64,000 nt of DNA from an uncultured Acidobacteriota bacterium (GTDB taxonomy: Bacteria > Acidobacteriota > Terriglobia > UBA7540): assembly GCA_963804995.1 (NCBI GenBank), contig CAWDSK010000005.1, forward strand, positions 288,001-352,000, given 5' to 3'. Shown piece after piece: positions 19,505 to 30,397 of the stretch. The stretch's first letter is position 1. Every line of letters begins with the position of its first letter. The notes under the pieces were generated by a model. That model did no database searches. It saw only the letters and a program-made list of their open reading frames with translations, and was not told the DNA's origin. The translations under genes were made by a program, and so were the position numbers.

Positions 19505-21100
19505 ATGGCAAAACGGAAAGGTTCCAATTCGCCGATCACCCGATCTCCGATTTCGGGAGTCCGATGGACTCCCTCGGAGTCCGCAGATCGGACACCCGAT
19601 CTCCGATTTCAGGAGTCCGATGGGCTCCCTCGGAGTCCGCAGATCGGACACCCGATCACCGGATCGCCCGACGCGGTGCCTGAGACCCCAATGGACCGGC
19701 TTCGGACTCTGGCGAAGAAATCGATCCCCGTTCTCCCTTACCAGGACCGCTGGATTATGGACGACTCGCAATTGAAGATCGCGGTTTGGAGCCGGCAGAG
19801 CGGCAAGAGTTTTGCCGCCGCGCTGCGGGCCGTGCTCAAGTGCCTGGGCTCCCGCACCCAATACATCATTCTCTCCAAGGGCGAGCGCCAGTCGCGGCTG
19901 TTTATGGAAAAGGTCAAAGACTTCTGCGTGTTCTTCAAGAGACTGAAGGCATTGCCGGCCTTTGCTGAGTTGGACTCGGACGAGAAAACCATGGAGGTCT
20001 ATTTCCCGCACAACCGCTCGCGCATCATCGGCCTGCCGGCCAATCCGGACACGGCGCGCGGCTACAGCGGAAACATCGTGCTCGACGAGTTTGCCTTCCA
20101 CGGCGACGCCCGCAAAATCTATGCTGCCTGCTTTCCTATTATCACGCGCGGGTATTCGATTGAAGTTATTTCCACGCCTAATGGCACGGCGGGGAAGTTT
20201 TATGAGATTGCGAAGGCGGCCGGATTGACGGGCGGGCAGTGGGCAGGTGGGCAGGTAGGCAGTTGAGATATTTCCCATCTGCCCATCTCCCCATCTGCCC
20301 ATCTGCCTAATCTTTGGTCCGGCCACCGAGTGGACATCCACGAAGCGGTCGCGCAGGGCCTGCCCGCCAACATCAATCTGCTCCGTTCCGGCTGCGACGA
20401 CGAAGAGACCTGGCTCCAGGAATACTGCTGCCAATTCCTTTCCGACGCCGCGAACTACATTCCGATTGAGCTGATTCTGACCTGCGTGCATGAAGCGGCC
20501 ACGACGGACCTGAGCGCGGTGGACCTGGCGGGGCTCGAGGGCAAGGAACTTTACCTGGGGATCGATATCGGGCGGAAGCGCGACCTCACCATCGCCTGGC
20601 TCTTTGAAAGGCGCGACGGGGTGCTGTGGTCGCGGGTCCTCCTGGCTCTGAAGGACATGACCTTTGACGCGCAGGAAAAACTCCTCTTCAGCCTTATGGA
20701 TTTGGGAGTGCGGCGCGCGGGGATTGACGCTTCCGGCCTCGGCATGATGCTGGCGGAACACGCCGTCGAAAAGTACGGCGCAGTGGTGGAGCCCACCACT
20801 TTCACCATGCAATTGAAGGAACGCCTGGCGCCGATGGTGAAACAGGCTTTCGAGGATCGCACCGTGCGGATTCCGGATTCGCGGGAGGTGCGCGCCGACA
20901 TCAACTCCGTCAAGCGCTTCGTAACGCCCTCCGGAAACGTGCGCTTTGATGCTGAGCATACCGACCGGGGACACGCCGACCGCTTCTGGGCGCTGGCGCA
21001 GGTCATCAGCACCGCCACCCAGCCGGTGGCGCACTTTGAAGAAGCCGCCTCCCTGGTGGGCGCGCCGGTGACGGCGGGAATAATGGATGCGATCTTGTAG
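19505..21100 (+). CDS. Terminase large subunit, Mu gp28-like; interrupted by an in-frame TGA at 20264
   Basis: LPYQ..W, Walker A SRQSGKS, Walker B VLDEFAF, STPNG, LGIDIGRKRDLT and GHADRFWA. ORFs 19505-20266 and 20330-21100 are in the same frame. Confidence 0.9.
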
Positions 21101-21306
21101 CGCCGCCGTCCCGGCGGCACAGGCCACAGGCCGGCAAGATGCCGGCGTTACGGTGGGCGCTCCGGTGACGGCGGGGCTGATGGAGCAGATTTTGTAATCG
21201 GGCCATTCACGGATCGGGTCATCGGATCATCGGGCCATCTGACAACAACGATGAACCGATCAATCGAGGGTTTGATGAACCGATGGACCGATGGAAAGAT
21301 GAACCG

Positions 21307-23080
21307 ATGATTAAGGCTCACAGCTCGGGAAACGGTCACCAGATGAAGCATTTAATCCGCGAGGGCAAATCGGTCTCCAAAGCGCTGCAGGCGCAAATCG
21401 ATACGGCCGTAGCGCTGGCGGATAAGGAACTGGGCATTGGGCAGATAGGCAGTAGGCAGATGGAAATGTTATCCACTGCCCAACTGCCTGCGGTTGGCCG
21501 TCAACCGCTTCTCACCCCCGCTCCGCTGACTACCACGGGCGGTTTGCCGGTCGCGTCCACGCGGGCCATTCCACCTCCGCCTCCGCCGGAGCCCATCTCC
21601 GTGGCGGATTACACGGAACGAATCCGGCAGGGCTGGGTTCCGGTCATGGGCGTCCCCGGCACTCCCATCACGGCGGGCTTCCTGCGCGAACTGGGTGAAT
21701 ACAATCCCAAGCTCGAAGGGCTGAACGGAATCTGGACTTATCAGGAAATGCGGCGCGGCGACGGCCAGGTGGCCGGTACCTTGCGCGCGTGCAAGATGCC
21801 GATTCTTTCCGCGCAGTGGCAGGTGAAGCCGCCCCCCGATCAGGAATTGCGCAAAGGCCAGACGGCGGAGAAGGCCAAAGAGGTCGCCCACTTTGTTCGC
21901 GAGAATTTCTTCGGCGGCCTGGAATGGCAGACCCACACGGGAAGCTGGGTGACGCAGAACTGGAAAGACGTGGTGCGTTTCGCGCTGCGCATGCAGGACT
22001 TTGGCGCGGCGTGTTACGAAGAAGTGATGGCCGTGGACGGCGATCAGATCCGCGTGCGCCGCTTGTGCGACCGCCAAGCGCTGACGTTTTACCGCTGGCA
22101 CACGGACCCGCATTCCGTCGATCCCACTCTGCCGCCTTTTATCTACGACGATGGCGAAACGCTTTACGGGCTCGAACAGTGGGGCTACCGCGGCAATCGC
22201 TTCGAGTATGTGATGCTGCCCACCGACAAGGCCTGCATCTTTACGCATGACCAGGAGGGGGCGAATTTCTGGGGTATCCCGCTGACCCGCGCCATGTACC
22301 CGCACTGGTACATGAAGAAACATCTGGAGCGGATCGACGCCATCGCCTGCGAACGTAACTCGCTGGGCGTGCCGATGATCCTGCTGCCGCCTAATCCCTC
22401 GAAGCAAGACGTTCTCGACCGCCCAGAATTGGGTGACCCAATTGGCCGCGCATGAAAAGACCGGGCTCGCACTGCCCAACGGCGCGGAGTTCAAGTTGGT
22501 CGGCATCGAGGGACGGATTCGCGAGATATTACCTTCGCTCGAATATCACAAACAGCAAATCGCCACTTCCTGCCTGGCCATGTTCATGGAACTCGGCCAG
22601 ACACGGACGGGCTCACGCTCCCTGGGCGAATCGCAAACCGACTTCTTCCTGCTGGCCACGCAGAATACTGCGGACCATATTGCGCACCAGATCCGCAACT
22701 CAACGATTCGCCGATTGACCCAGTGGAATTTCGGACCGGACGCGCCCGTGCCCTACCTCATTCCCGCCAACGTGCAGGCCCGGTCGATCGAGACCATGTC
22801 GGGCATCATTGCCCAGCTTGCCCAGGCCGGCGCGTGGATCTCCGATCGCTCCAGCGTGAATCAGGTGCGGCACGAGCTCGGGTTTGCGGACTTCACGGAT
22901 GATGACGTTGTCTCCATCCGCGGCGAGACCATTGCCACAGCCGGGGGTGAGATCAGCGGCAAGGGCGGAGAGGCGATCAGCATCGGCTCCCCGAATGGCC
23001 GTGCCTTTGAGCCAGCGAAGAAACAGAACGAGGGTGAATACGGCGAGGGGGCGGGCGGCGCGGACGATGACGAAGCGTAA
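21307..23080 (+). CDS. Portal protein, Mu gp29/DUF935-like; +1 frameshift near 22415
   Basis: YQEM...DGQVAG.L..CK.PIL, NFWGIPLTRAMY..WYMK, ERNSLGVP; continues in the next frame with LALPNG, GSRSLGE. Start is uncertain. Confidence 0.85.
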
Positions 23081-23245
23081 GGGTGGGCGTCAGGAGCGGG
23101 AAAACAGCAGTCAGGAGACACGCAACCGGCTGTGCCTGCTGAGGGCAAAGACGAAAAGCAAGGCAGGTGAAGTGATCAGCAAGACCCAGCGGTCCGCCGA
23201 ATGTTGGATGGAGGCGGAGGGCTGGCAGCTTGAAATGGAGAGGCT

Positions 23246-23764
23246 ATGACAACCTTACGGAATTCCTTGGTTCTTTCTTTCTCGATCGCGGTCCTGATCG
23301 TGCTGATGGCGCTTCCGACCTGGCGCCCGCCGCAGGTGAGGGCTGATTCCTACAGCTCGCATCGCTTCCCGGCGTTCGGGTACATTCTGGACAATCCCAT
23401 CCTGACAATTGCCGGGGCGACCACGACGACCAGCCCCACATCTACCACCGGCTCGACGACGGCGCACCTGACCTGGGTCTTCGGGACGGTATCCGGCACC
23501 TACACGACTTGCACGGTGCAGGCAAGAACCAGCTTCGACGGTGTCACTTGGCTGAATCTCGGGAGCGCGGCTTCGGTAACCGTCACCAGCAATGCCGTCA
23601 ACGCCTGGGATATCTATCAACAGGCGCCCGTAACTACCGGCGTGACCACCACTACGGTCAGTAACTCCGCGGCGGCGGGATTCGGCCAGTTGAGCGAGTA
23701 CACCTTCGCCTGCTCCGCCTACGGAACCAGCGCGCCGGTCACGATCACGGCGATCTATAAGTGA
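23246..23764 (+). CDS. Thr/Ser-rich beta protein with signal peptide (possible head decoration)
   Basis: GGAGAGG RBS; hydrophobic N-terminus ending VRA-D; TVQARTSFDGVTW. Confidence 0.65.
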   Translation: MTTLRNSLVLSFSIAVLIVLMALPTWRPPQVRADSYSSHRFPAFGYILDNPILTIAGATTTTSPTSTTGSTTAHLTWVFGTVSGTYTTCTVQARTSFDGVTWLNLGSAASVTVTSNAVNAWDIYQQAPVTTGVTTTTVSNSAAAGFGQLSEYTFACSAYGTSAPVTITAIYK

Positions 23765-23845
23765 AGCCGACAGTTGACAGCGCACTGTTCATCGTCGGCT
23801 GTTAGCTGAGAGCGGTAAGCCCAATAAAAACGATAAGGAGCACAC

Positions 23846-24856
23846 ATGACAAAGTTCAAGGCAAGTCTGCTGATAACACTTCTGTTTACGGTCTTGGGTT
23901 CATTGCCTTCCAGCCTTTTTGGCCAAGGATCGGCTGGGCCAGTCTTGGGCGGCACCAACTACTCAAGCCTCGAGGGGAGTTTTGGCATCCCTAGCGTTTC
24001 CTGGGCTGCGACAGGCCTGACGCTCAACTACACAGCCGGCACCGTCTATCAGAAAGGCGCCGCAAACTCCATTAACTTAGGAAGCCTAACCTTAACGACG
24101 AACATGACCTCCTGTTCTCTCGCGGGGATCCTGGCGGGCTCCTGCAACCTGGTGTACTGGTCAGGATCGGGCAGCGCGCTCGCCTCCACCACGTCCTATC
24201 CGACCGCCGCCGCGAGCGGCAGCACGATTCTCTATTTCTGTACGGCGAACGTCAGCGGCAACATCACCGGCTGCGTCGTCGCAACGGAAGACGTGCTGGG
24301 TGCGATCCCGGCCACTTACAACGATGGCCTGCTCATGGTGCCAGTCACCAATTGCAGCTTTACCCCGGTCACCACAGCATTTACGGGTACACCGGGGCTG
24401 GTGCGATTGGTGGCAAATCAGACCACCTGGAGCGGCACAACCAACACCACGGCCGGAACGATTTACATGAGCTGCGATTTGGGCCTCGAAGGTCGCGTCA
24501 CTCCCGGTTTGGGATTTGTGGTCAAGGATATCGCCGTTCAGTACGGCGTCCAAGGCGTGGCCTTGTCTTCCATTACCACGCCCACGCTCAAGACCAATAC
24601 CTTCCCGGCCTACGGCGGCTCGGCCGGCGACACCCTGGCCGCGGTCGGTGGCACGATTACCAGCAACCCCGGCGTGCTGCAACTGGCCACAACGACTTCG
24701 GGCAACTTCTATAACGCAGACTTTATTTGCGGGACCCCATTCACCCTGACGGATCAAACCAAGGTGAATTTCGAAGTGGCCCTCAACACCCCGGGCACGA
24801 CCGGCCTGACTTTGCAGGTCAGCGGACTGCTAGTGCATGGGAACTGGATTCAGTAG
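23846..24856 (+). CDS. Beta-rich protein with signal peptide (possible head fibre or decoration)
   Basis: AAGGAG RBS; MTKFKASLLITLLFTVLG...LFG-Q. Confidence 0.65.
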   Translation: MTKFKASLLITLLFTVLGSLPSSLFGQGSAGPVLGGTNYSSLEGSFGIPSVSWAATGLTLNYTAGTVYQKGAANSINLGSLTLTTNMTSCSLAGILAGSCNLVYWSGSGSALASTTSYPTAAASGSTILYFCTANVSGNITGCVVATEDVLGAIPATYNDGLLMVPVTNCSFTPVTTAFTGTPGLVRLVANQTTWSGTTNTTAGTIYMSCDLGLEGRVTPGLGFVVKDIAVQYGVQGVALSSITTPTLKTNTFPAYGGSAGDTLAAVGGTITSNPGVLQLATTTSGNFYNADFICGTPFTLTDQTKVNFEVALNTPGTTGLTLQVSGLLVHGNWIQ

Positions 24857-24947
24857 ATCGGTAGGGCGTGGATGGCAGGTCGCATACAGGGGGAAACCCC
24901 AGCTACTACCTGCCACGCACCACACAACCTTTTTGGAGAGCGCTACG

Positions 24948-26357
24948 ATGTCAGACGACACAAAGAATTTTCACTTCATCTCCCAGCTTAGTGCGATGCC
25001 GGCCGCGGGCCTGGCGCGCCTTCCGATTCTCGTCACGGGCAGTTGGGTAAAAAACGGGCGGGAGGTTTCCTTCACACTGGATGAGCTGCGCGCTGCAGTC
25101 TCGAACTTCCGGAAACTCGCAAACCACGACATCAACGTTGACTATGACCACGCCTGCGAGGATCTGGAACGAGCTGCTGGCGAGCCTACGCCCAGCGCCG
25201 GGCGCGTCGTGGCACTTCTTGAGCCAGCGCCCTTCGAATCGGGTGATCAGGTGATCGCGAGATCAGGTGAAGAGGAAAGCCGATCACCGGATCACCAGAT
25301 CACCGGATCATCCGATCGTTGGATTCTATATGGCCGCTACGAGCCCACGGACCGCGCCCGCGAACTTATTAAGAACCGGGAATATCGGTATGTTTCAGCG
25401 GCCTTTGCGAAAGACTACCCGGACCGGAAGACCGGTGAGTCCCAGGGCCTGACGCTGACCAGTGTGGCCCTCACCAATCAACCTTTTCTCGACGAACTGC
25501 CGGAAATTTGGCTGGCAACTACAAGTCCGGGGTCCGAAGTTCGGAGTCCGAAATCCCAACCCCGAATTGCAGATCCCGAATCCCTGAACACAGACCGCCG
25601 TCAGGCGGGGAACGGAGGAAGAATTGAAATGGCGAAGCTAACCCTCAGGTGCTCCGCGGACGGCAAACACGAAGCCTACGACGGAGACAACAAGCTCGGT
25701 GAAATCGAACACGACCACCTCTGCCAGTATGCTGCACAGCATTTGGGCATGGCGGCGGGTTCCGAAAAGGACGAAACGGGCGCGCAACTGGCCGCGAATT
25801 TTGCCAGGGAAATCGGCGCAGAAGGCAGATCCCGCGAAGAGATCCGCGGCCTGCTGACGCTCGCGCTCCATCCACTCAAAGCCGAGGTGACACTGCTGTG
25901 CGAAACCATCGGCGCGGACGGCAAGCTCAACAATAGCCGGCTGGACGCGCTCGACGACGGCGGCAAAATCTCCCGCACGGCCTGGCGCCGCGCTAAGGAC
26001 GCCGAGCAGCGCGTGCAGAATGCCTTCCAGCGTGGCCAGATTACTCCGGCCATGATGGCGACGGGCGCGCCGCTGCGTCTGGCGCTTTCCGACGGTGCGG
26101 CCTTCAAATCGCTTATCGAAGACCGTCCGGCCATGGTCAAGCTGAACTCGGTAGTGGGCATCGGCGGCACAGGCACAGAAACTGGTGAGTCGCCGCGTCA
26201 CCTCTTCTCACGCATGGTCGAGGAGAAAAAGCGGCAGCTCATGCAGACGGACAACAGGCTCAGCGAGCTCGAGGCGCACCGCCAGGCGAACGCCCTGGTG
26301 GCCAAGGAAAACCCCGACCTGCTCAAGAACTATCGTGCCGACGCCAAGTCGGCGTGA
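24948..26357 (+). CDS. Prohead protease/scaffold, Mu gpI-like
   Basis: INVDYDH, PSAG, T.RA.ELIKNREYRYVS and SVALTNQPFL motifs. Confidence 0.88.
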   Translation: MSDDTKNFHFISQLSAMPAAGLARLPILVTGSWVKNGREVSFTLDELRAAVSNFRKLANHDINVDYDHACEDLERAAGEPTPSAGRVVALLEPAPFESGDQVIARSGEEESRSPDHQITGSSDRWILYGRYEPTDRARELIKNREYRYVSAAFAKDYPDRKTGESQGLTLTSVALTNQPFLDELPEIWLATTSPGSEVRSPKSQPRIADPESLNTDRRQAGNGGRIEMAKLTLRCSADGKHEAYDGDNKLGEIEHDHLCQYAAQHLGMAAGSEKDETGAQLAANFAREIGAEGRSREEIRGLLTLALHPLKAEVTLLCETIGADGKLNNSRLDALDDGGKISRTAWRRAKDAEQRVQNAFQRGQITPAMMATGAPLRLALSDGAAFKSLIEDRPAMVKLNSVVGIGGTGTETGESPRHLFSRMVEEKKRQLMQTDNRLSELEAHRQANALVAKENPDLLKNYRADAKSA

Positions 26358-26531
26358 CGACGGCAGCGCTCAGCAAGGACTAGCCGTCAGCGGCCAGCAT
26401 TGAACTTTGCCTTGCCGCTGATAGCAAATGAAAGAAGTGCTCAACTGGAACCAGCGATCAGCAGTCAGCTAGAGATTTAGCTGAACACTGAAAGCTGAGA
26501 GCTTACAGCTTCATTTTGACAAGGAGGAAAC

Positions 26532-27035
26532 ATGCTTGGAAACCAAGGATTGACAGCGGCCAAGTTCGACACCAATATTCGCGCCTTGCGCGGTACGGTC
26601 ATGGGCTTGCCGGTCACGAATCTCTCAACGGAATCCGATTTCTACGCCGGCCTGCCTTCCGGCTTCAATGTCGTGCCAACGGGTGTTCTGGCTCAGGATG
26701 TGGTTGAGCCCGGCTACCCCCTGACCTCGGAATTGTGGCTCGATCCGAACACGGGCAATCCCATTAACGGCTCCGTGCCTCCGGCGCCTTTCATTTCGCA
26801 AGGCCGCGCCTGGGGATTGATTGTCTTCGCCCCGGAAGCGGAAGTGATCGCGGCGGATACCACCATCCAGGCCGAGGACGACGTGGTCATCGCCGACGCC
26901 TACGGGCGAGTCACGTCGATTCGCAACGTCACAACTGGGAATACTGCCTACGTGGTGGGCAAGGCGAAGTACCCGCCCACCGCGCAAAACCAGAAGATCC
27001 GCATTCAGGTGAATTTGCGGCAAGTGAAGGTCTAA
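26532..27035 (+). CDS. Capsid cement/decoration protein
   Basis: AAGGAGG RBS; GVLAQD...I.A.D.V..ADA.GRV...VVGKA; lies between protease and capsid. Confidence 0.6.
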   Translation: MLGNQGLTAAKFDTNIRALRGTVMGLPVTNLSTESDFYAGLPSGFNVVPTGVLAQDVVEPGYPLTSELWLDPNTGNPINGSVPPAPFISQGRAWGLIVFAPEAEVIAADTTIQAEDDVVIADAYGRVTSIRNVTTGNTAYVVGKAKYPPTAQNQKIRIQVNLRQVKV

Positions 27036-27243
27036 GAACGCGGGACTGGGGAAACGGGACACGGGAAGAACAAGTCCCGCGCTCCGCGGCCCCTGTTCCG
27101 CGCCCCGGCGTTTCAGCGCCCGCTGTTGAATCCCGCGGCTACGGGACAACGACAGTGCGCGCAATTAGGGATCAACGATTCGTGTAAGGGATTCGGGCCT
27201 TCCCGTGTCCCGAGTCCCGAGTCCCGTATCCCGAGGAAAGAAC

Positions 27244-28185
27244 ATGGAAGTTTCCTTAGCGCATCTTGATCAATTTCTGACCAATTATTCAATCGTGTAC
27301 CGCAACAACGATTTTGTGGCGGGCCGGCTCTTCCCCGACTTCCCGGTCTCGAAACAAAACGATCGCTACCCGATGTTCGGATTCGAACGTTTCAAGGCTT
27401 ACAACACCGAACGCGCCCCGGGCAGCGAGGCCAACGAGATGCCCGGGTGGCGCATGTCGAACGATGAGTATTACTGCGACGGCAAGGCCCAGAAGCAGCT
27501 TATCCCCGACGAACTGCGCGCCAAGTGGGATTTCTCAACGGGACCCGAAGTTTTCACGACCGAGACCCTGGCCGACATCATCGACAAACAACGTGAAATC
27601 CAGGTCTTCAACCTGGTTATGAATTCGGCATCGATCCCCAGCACCACGCTGGCGGGCACGGGCCAGTGGAGTGATTTTCAGAACTCGGATCCCGTGGCTG
27701 CCATTACGGCACAACGCTCCACGATTCTGCTCTCCTGCACCAAGGAGCCGAACACCCTTCTGGTCGGCTACCCCGTCTGGTTGCAGCTCATCCAGCACCC
27801 CATCATTCTTGACCGCTTCAAGAACCACGCCCTGCCGCTCGGCTATCCCACCGATCAGCAGTTGGCCGGGCTCTTCAATGTTGACAACTTTGTGGTTGCC
27901 AAGACGCTGTATGACACTGCCCAACAGGGTATGGCTCACAGCCTCAACTATATCTGGGGCAAGAACGCCGTCCTGGCCTACGTACCGCCGGGACAGGGCC
28001 AGTTGATGATCACCCCGGGCACCACTTTCCGCTGGCTTTATGGCGTTCCTCAGAACGGCGGCATGCTGGTGAAGCGCTATCGGGTGGAGGAGCGCAGCGG
28101 GGACATGATCGAATACCAGACGTACTACTGCGTAAAACTTGTCGTGCCGGGCGCGATGTACGTGTTTAAGAGCGCTGTAGCATAG
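27244..28185 (+). CDS. Major capsid protein
   Basis: H.D..LTNYS..Y.N..FVA..LFP..PV, W....SDPV, PNTLLVG..VW..L..HP, IWGKNAVL. Confidence 0.85.
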   Translation: MEVSLAHLDQFLTNYSIVYRNNDFVAGRLFPDFPVSKQNDRYPMFGFERFKAYNTERAPGSEANEMPGWRMSNDEYYCDGKAQKQLIPDELRAKWDFSTGPEVFTTETLADIIDKQREIQVFNLVMNSASIPSTTLAGTGQWSDFQNSDPVAAITAQRSTILLSCTKEPNTLLVGYPVWLQLIQHPIILDRFKNHALPLGYPTDQQLAGLFNVDNFVVAKTLYDTAQQGMAHSLNYIWGKNAVLAYVPPGQGQLMITPGTTFRWLYGVPQNGGMLVKRYRVEERSGDMIEYQTYYCVKLVVPGAMYVFKSAVA

Positions 28186-28272
28186 CGACGGAAGGAAGTG
28201 AGGAGTGAGAAGCTAGAAGTGAGAATGGTTTGCTTCTAGCTTCTACCTCCTAGCTCCTAGCTTCTGGAGGTT

Positions 28273-28620
28273 TTGATGCCCAAGTTTCAAGTTCTACAAC
28301 CTATTGAGAAAAACAATGTGATGTACGTTCCCATCGCCAGTAGTGGGCCAAAGCAATTGCCCAGCGCTTGTCATGGGAAGCTCATCCCGGTGGATGCCTC
28401 GGGTGAGATCGAGCTAACCGAAGATGAAGCCAGCATCCTCGTCTACGGCCAAGTTCCCCTGTTCCAGGGCAAGCCGGACCGGATCGGCGGCTCGGAGATC
28501 CGGGAGAAGAAGGCCAAAGAGGATGCGAAGGCGGCCGCCACCAAGGCGGCGGCCGAGAAAGCGGAGTACGAAGAGTTTCAAGCCTTCAAGGCAGCGAAGG
28601 CAGGAAAAAGCAAGAAATAG
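28273..28620 (+). CDS. Hypothetical head-associated protein
   Basis: GGAGG RBS; Lys/Ala-rich tail; follows the capsid gene. Confidence 0.6.
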   Translation: MMPKFQVLQPIEKNNVMYVPIASSGPKQLPSACHGKLIPVDASGEIELTEDEASILVYGQVPLFQGKPDRIGGSEIREKKAKEDAKAAATKAAAEKAEYEEFQAFKAAKAGKSKK

Positions 28621-28721
28621 GTTGAAAGTCGAGGGTTGAAAGTCGAAAGGTACTTGCCTTCAACTTTTAACATTCACCTTTTGACCTCCGACTAATTGGA
28701 AGTTCTTGAAAGGAGCCAAAA

Positions 28722-29012
28722 ATGGCAGCTTCAGCAACATTCACGACGCTCTTCACCTACCGCTTGGATCGCCGCCAGCTTGTGAGGCGGATCCGGGTGG
28801 ACATCACGGGGCTCGCCAACGGTGCGAACACAATCCCCCACGGAATTGTGGCCCCCAATAATCCGGCGGTGGGCCAAATGCCCAAAGAGGAGATTGTTCT
28901 CCTGACGTCCAACGTGGCCGTACACCGCACCCAGCCGGCCGATGCTACGAATGTGTATTACACAGTCGATTCGGGTGCGGGTACGACGATCTCAGTATAT
29001 GTGACCGTATAG
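28722..29012 (+). CDS. Small beta-rich virion protein
   Basis: AAGGAG RBS; TIPHG...P...DATNVY motif. Confidence 0.6.
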   Translation: MAASATFTTLFTYRLDRRQLVRRIRVDITGLANGANTIPHGIVAPNNPAVGQMPKEEIVLLTSNVAVHRTQPADATNVYYTVDSGAGTTISVYVTV

Positions 29013-29106
29013 GGTGAGCGGCCCTCGCCCATTTGTGATCGCGTGATTGGTGATTTGCGATTTTCAATCACCAATCACCGATCGCCAAATCGCTAATTGA
29101 GGTCTT

Positions 29107-29640
29107 ATGTCCTACACAACTGTAACCAATGTCGCGGCAATGTTCCCCACCTTCACCCGCAACGGGCCGAAGGGACCCTCGGACACGCTCATCCAGACCT
29201 TTATAGATGACGTGGCGGCGGAAATCGATGCGGTCCTACAGCGCCGCTTCCAGGAAGCTTACGCCAGCCTGGGATTCTATGTCTGGCAGGCGGCCTTCAG
29301 CACCGACCAATTGAACCTGTTGGAGAAAATGAACCGTTACGGTGCCTGTGCCCAGCTCGCGGAGGTATTCGAAACTGCCGGGATTGCGTCCGCGTTGCGC
29401 GTCGCGAAGGGTTTTGAGGATAATTTCCAGGAATCGTACAACAAGCTCAACGCTCGCGACCAAGCGGGCAAGCCGCTCCCGCAGGGTGGGGACTTCGATT
29501 ATCTGTTTGATCCGCAGGCCAAAGTCGAAACGCCACGCCCGCAATTGGGTGGCATTGCCGGAGGCGATCAACAACCCAGTGAGACCGATCACGAAGGAAC
29601 GAATGTGAATTTTCGGAAGTGGGACCGGAAAGAATTTTAA
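29107..29640 (+). CDS. Head-tail adaptor, Mu gp36-like
   Basis: MSYTTVTNV...I..FIDDVAAEIDAVL..RF. Confidence 0.7.
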   Translation: MSYTTVTNVAAMFPTFTRNGPKGPSDTLIQTFIDDVAAEIDAVLQRRFQEAYASLGFYVWQAAFSTDQLNLLEKMNRYGACAQLAEVFETAGIASALRVAKGFEDNFQESYNKLNARDQAGKPLPQGGDFDYLFDPQAKVETPRPQLGGIAGGDQQPSETDHEGTNVNFRKWDRKEF

Positions 29641-29728
29641 AGGGTAAAGGATAAAGGGTAAAGGATGAACCTGGCGTCGTTCGCTTTAGCCTTTAACCTT
29701 TACACTTTAACCTTTTGGATAACAAATC

Positions 29729-30301
29729 ATGTCCTGGCAACAAGCTTACCAAGCCCAATTCGCAAAACCGCTGGTCAACCAGCTTATCGCCATCATCCAG
29801 CGTGATCAGGCTGCGGCGCTCGCGATCATCAACACCGCGCGCGCCACTGACGGCAATCAGCCGCTTTACCCTATCGCGGAATTTCACAAGGGTCCCGGTG
29901 CGCGGATGGGCTGGCCCTGGCTCTTCGTGGAGGTCGGCCCCACGAACTTCAATCGCAACAGTGACAAGGCTACCCGGCATCATGAGGTGCGCATCAATTT
30001 GGCGCTCGACACCGGGCAATACGACCAGGAGATGGCCCAGGAAGATGCGCAGGACTACGCGCGCATGCTCGACATGATTATCGCGAGCGCCGGGCCGTGG
30101 CCGTCTCTCGCCGACTGGACGACGGCGTTGCCGATTCAGCATGAGACCGTACAAAGCGGAACCACGGTGCCGAATGCTGGCGGGTCAGTTAGCGATGTCT
30201 TTATTGAATCGCATGTGCCGGCGAAGATCAACGTCCCCGGTGTGGATGCCCCCGTGATGCGCATCACGCTGACGGTACTTTTCGAATTGGAAGAAGTGTA
30301 G
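29729..30301 (+). CDS. Tail terminator-like protein
   Basis: Position before the tail tube gene; WP.LFVE motif and terminal beta strand. Confidence 0.5.
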   Translation: MSWQQAYQAQFAKPLVNQLIAIIQRDQAAALAIINTARATDGNQPLYPIAEFHKGPGARMGWPWLFVEVGPTNFNRNSDKATRHHEVRINLALDTGQYDQEMAQEDAQDYARMLDMIIASAGPWPSLADWTTALPIQHETVQSGTTVPNAGGSVSDVFIESHVPAKINVPGVDAPVMRITLTVLFELEEV

Positions 30302-30397
30302 AGAAAGAAGCGGTTAGCAAGGACTGGCAGCCAGCGCTCGGCTTAAGGTTTTAGCTGATTGCTGAAAGCTGACAGCAGTCCTTGAAAGGAGCTGAAA

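Noticed and set aside
20264..20266. Selenocysteine codon in the terminase (selB is in the window)
   Set aside because: The TGA lies in a repeat-derived insert, corresponds to Trp rather than Cys, and the downstream sequence is a pyrimidine-rich arm with no SECIS-like stem of its own.
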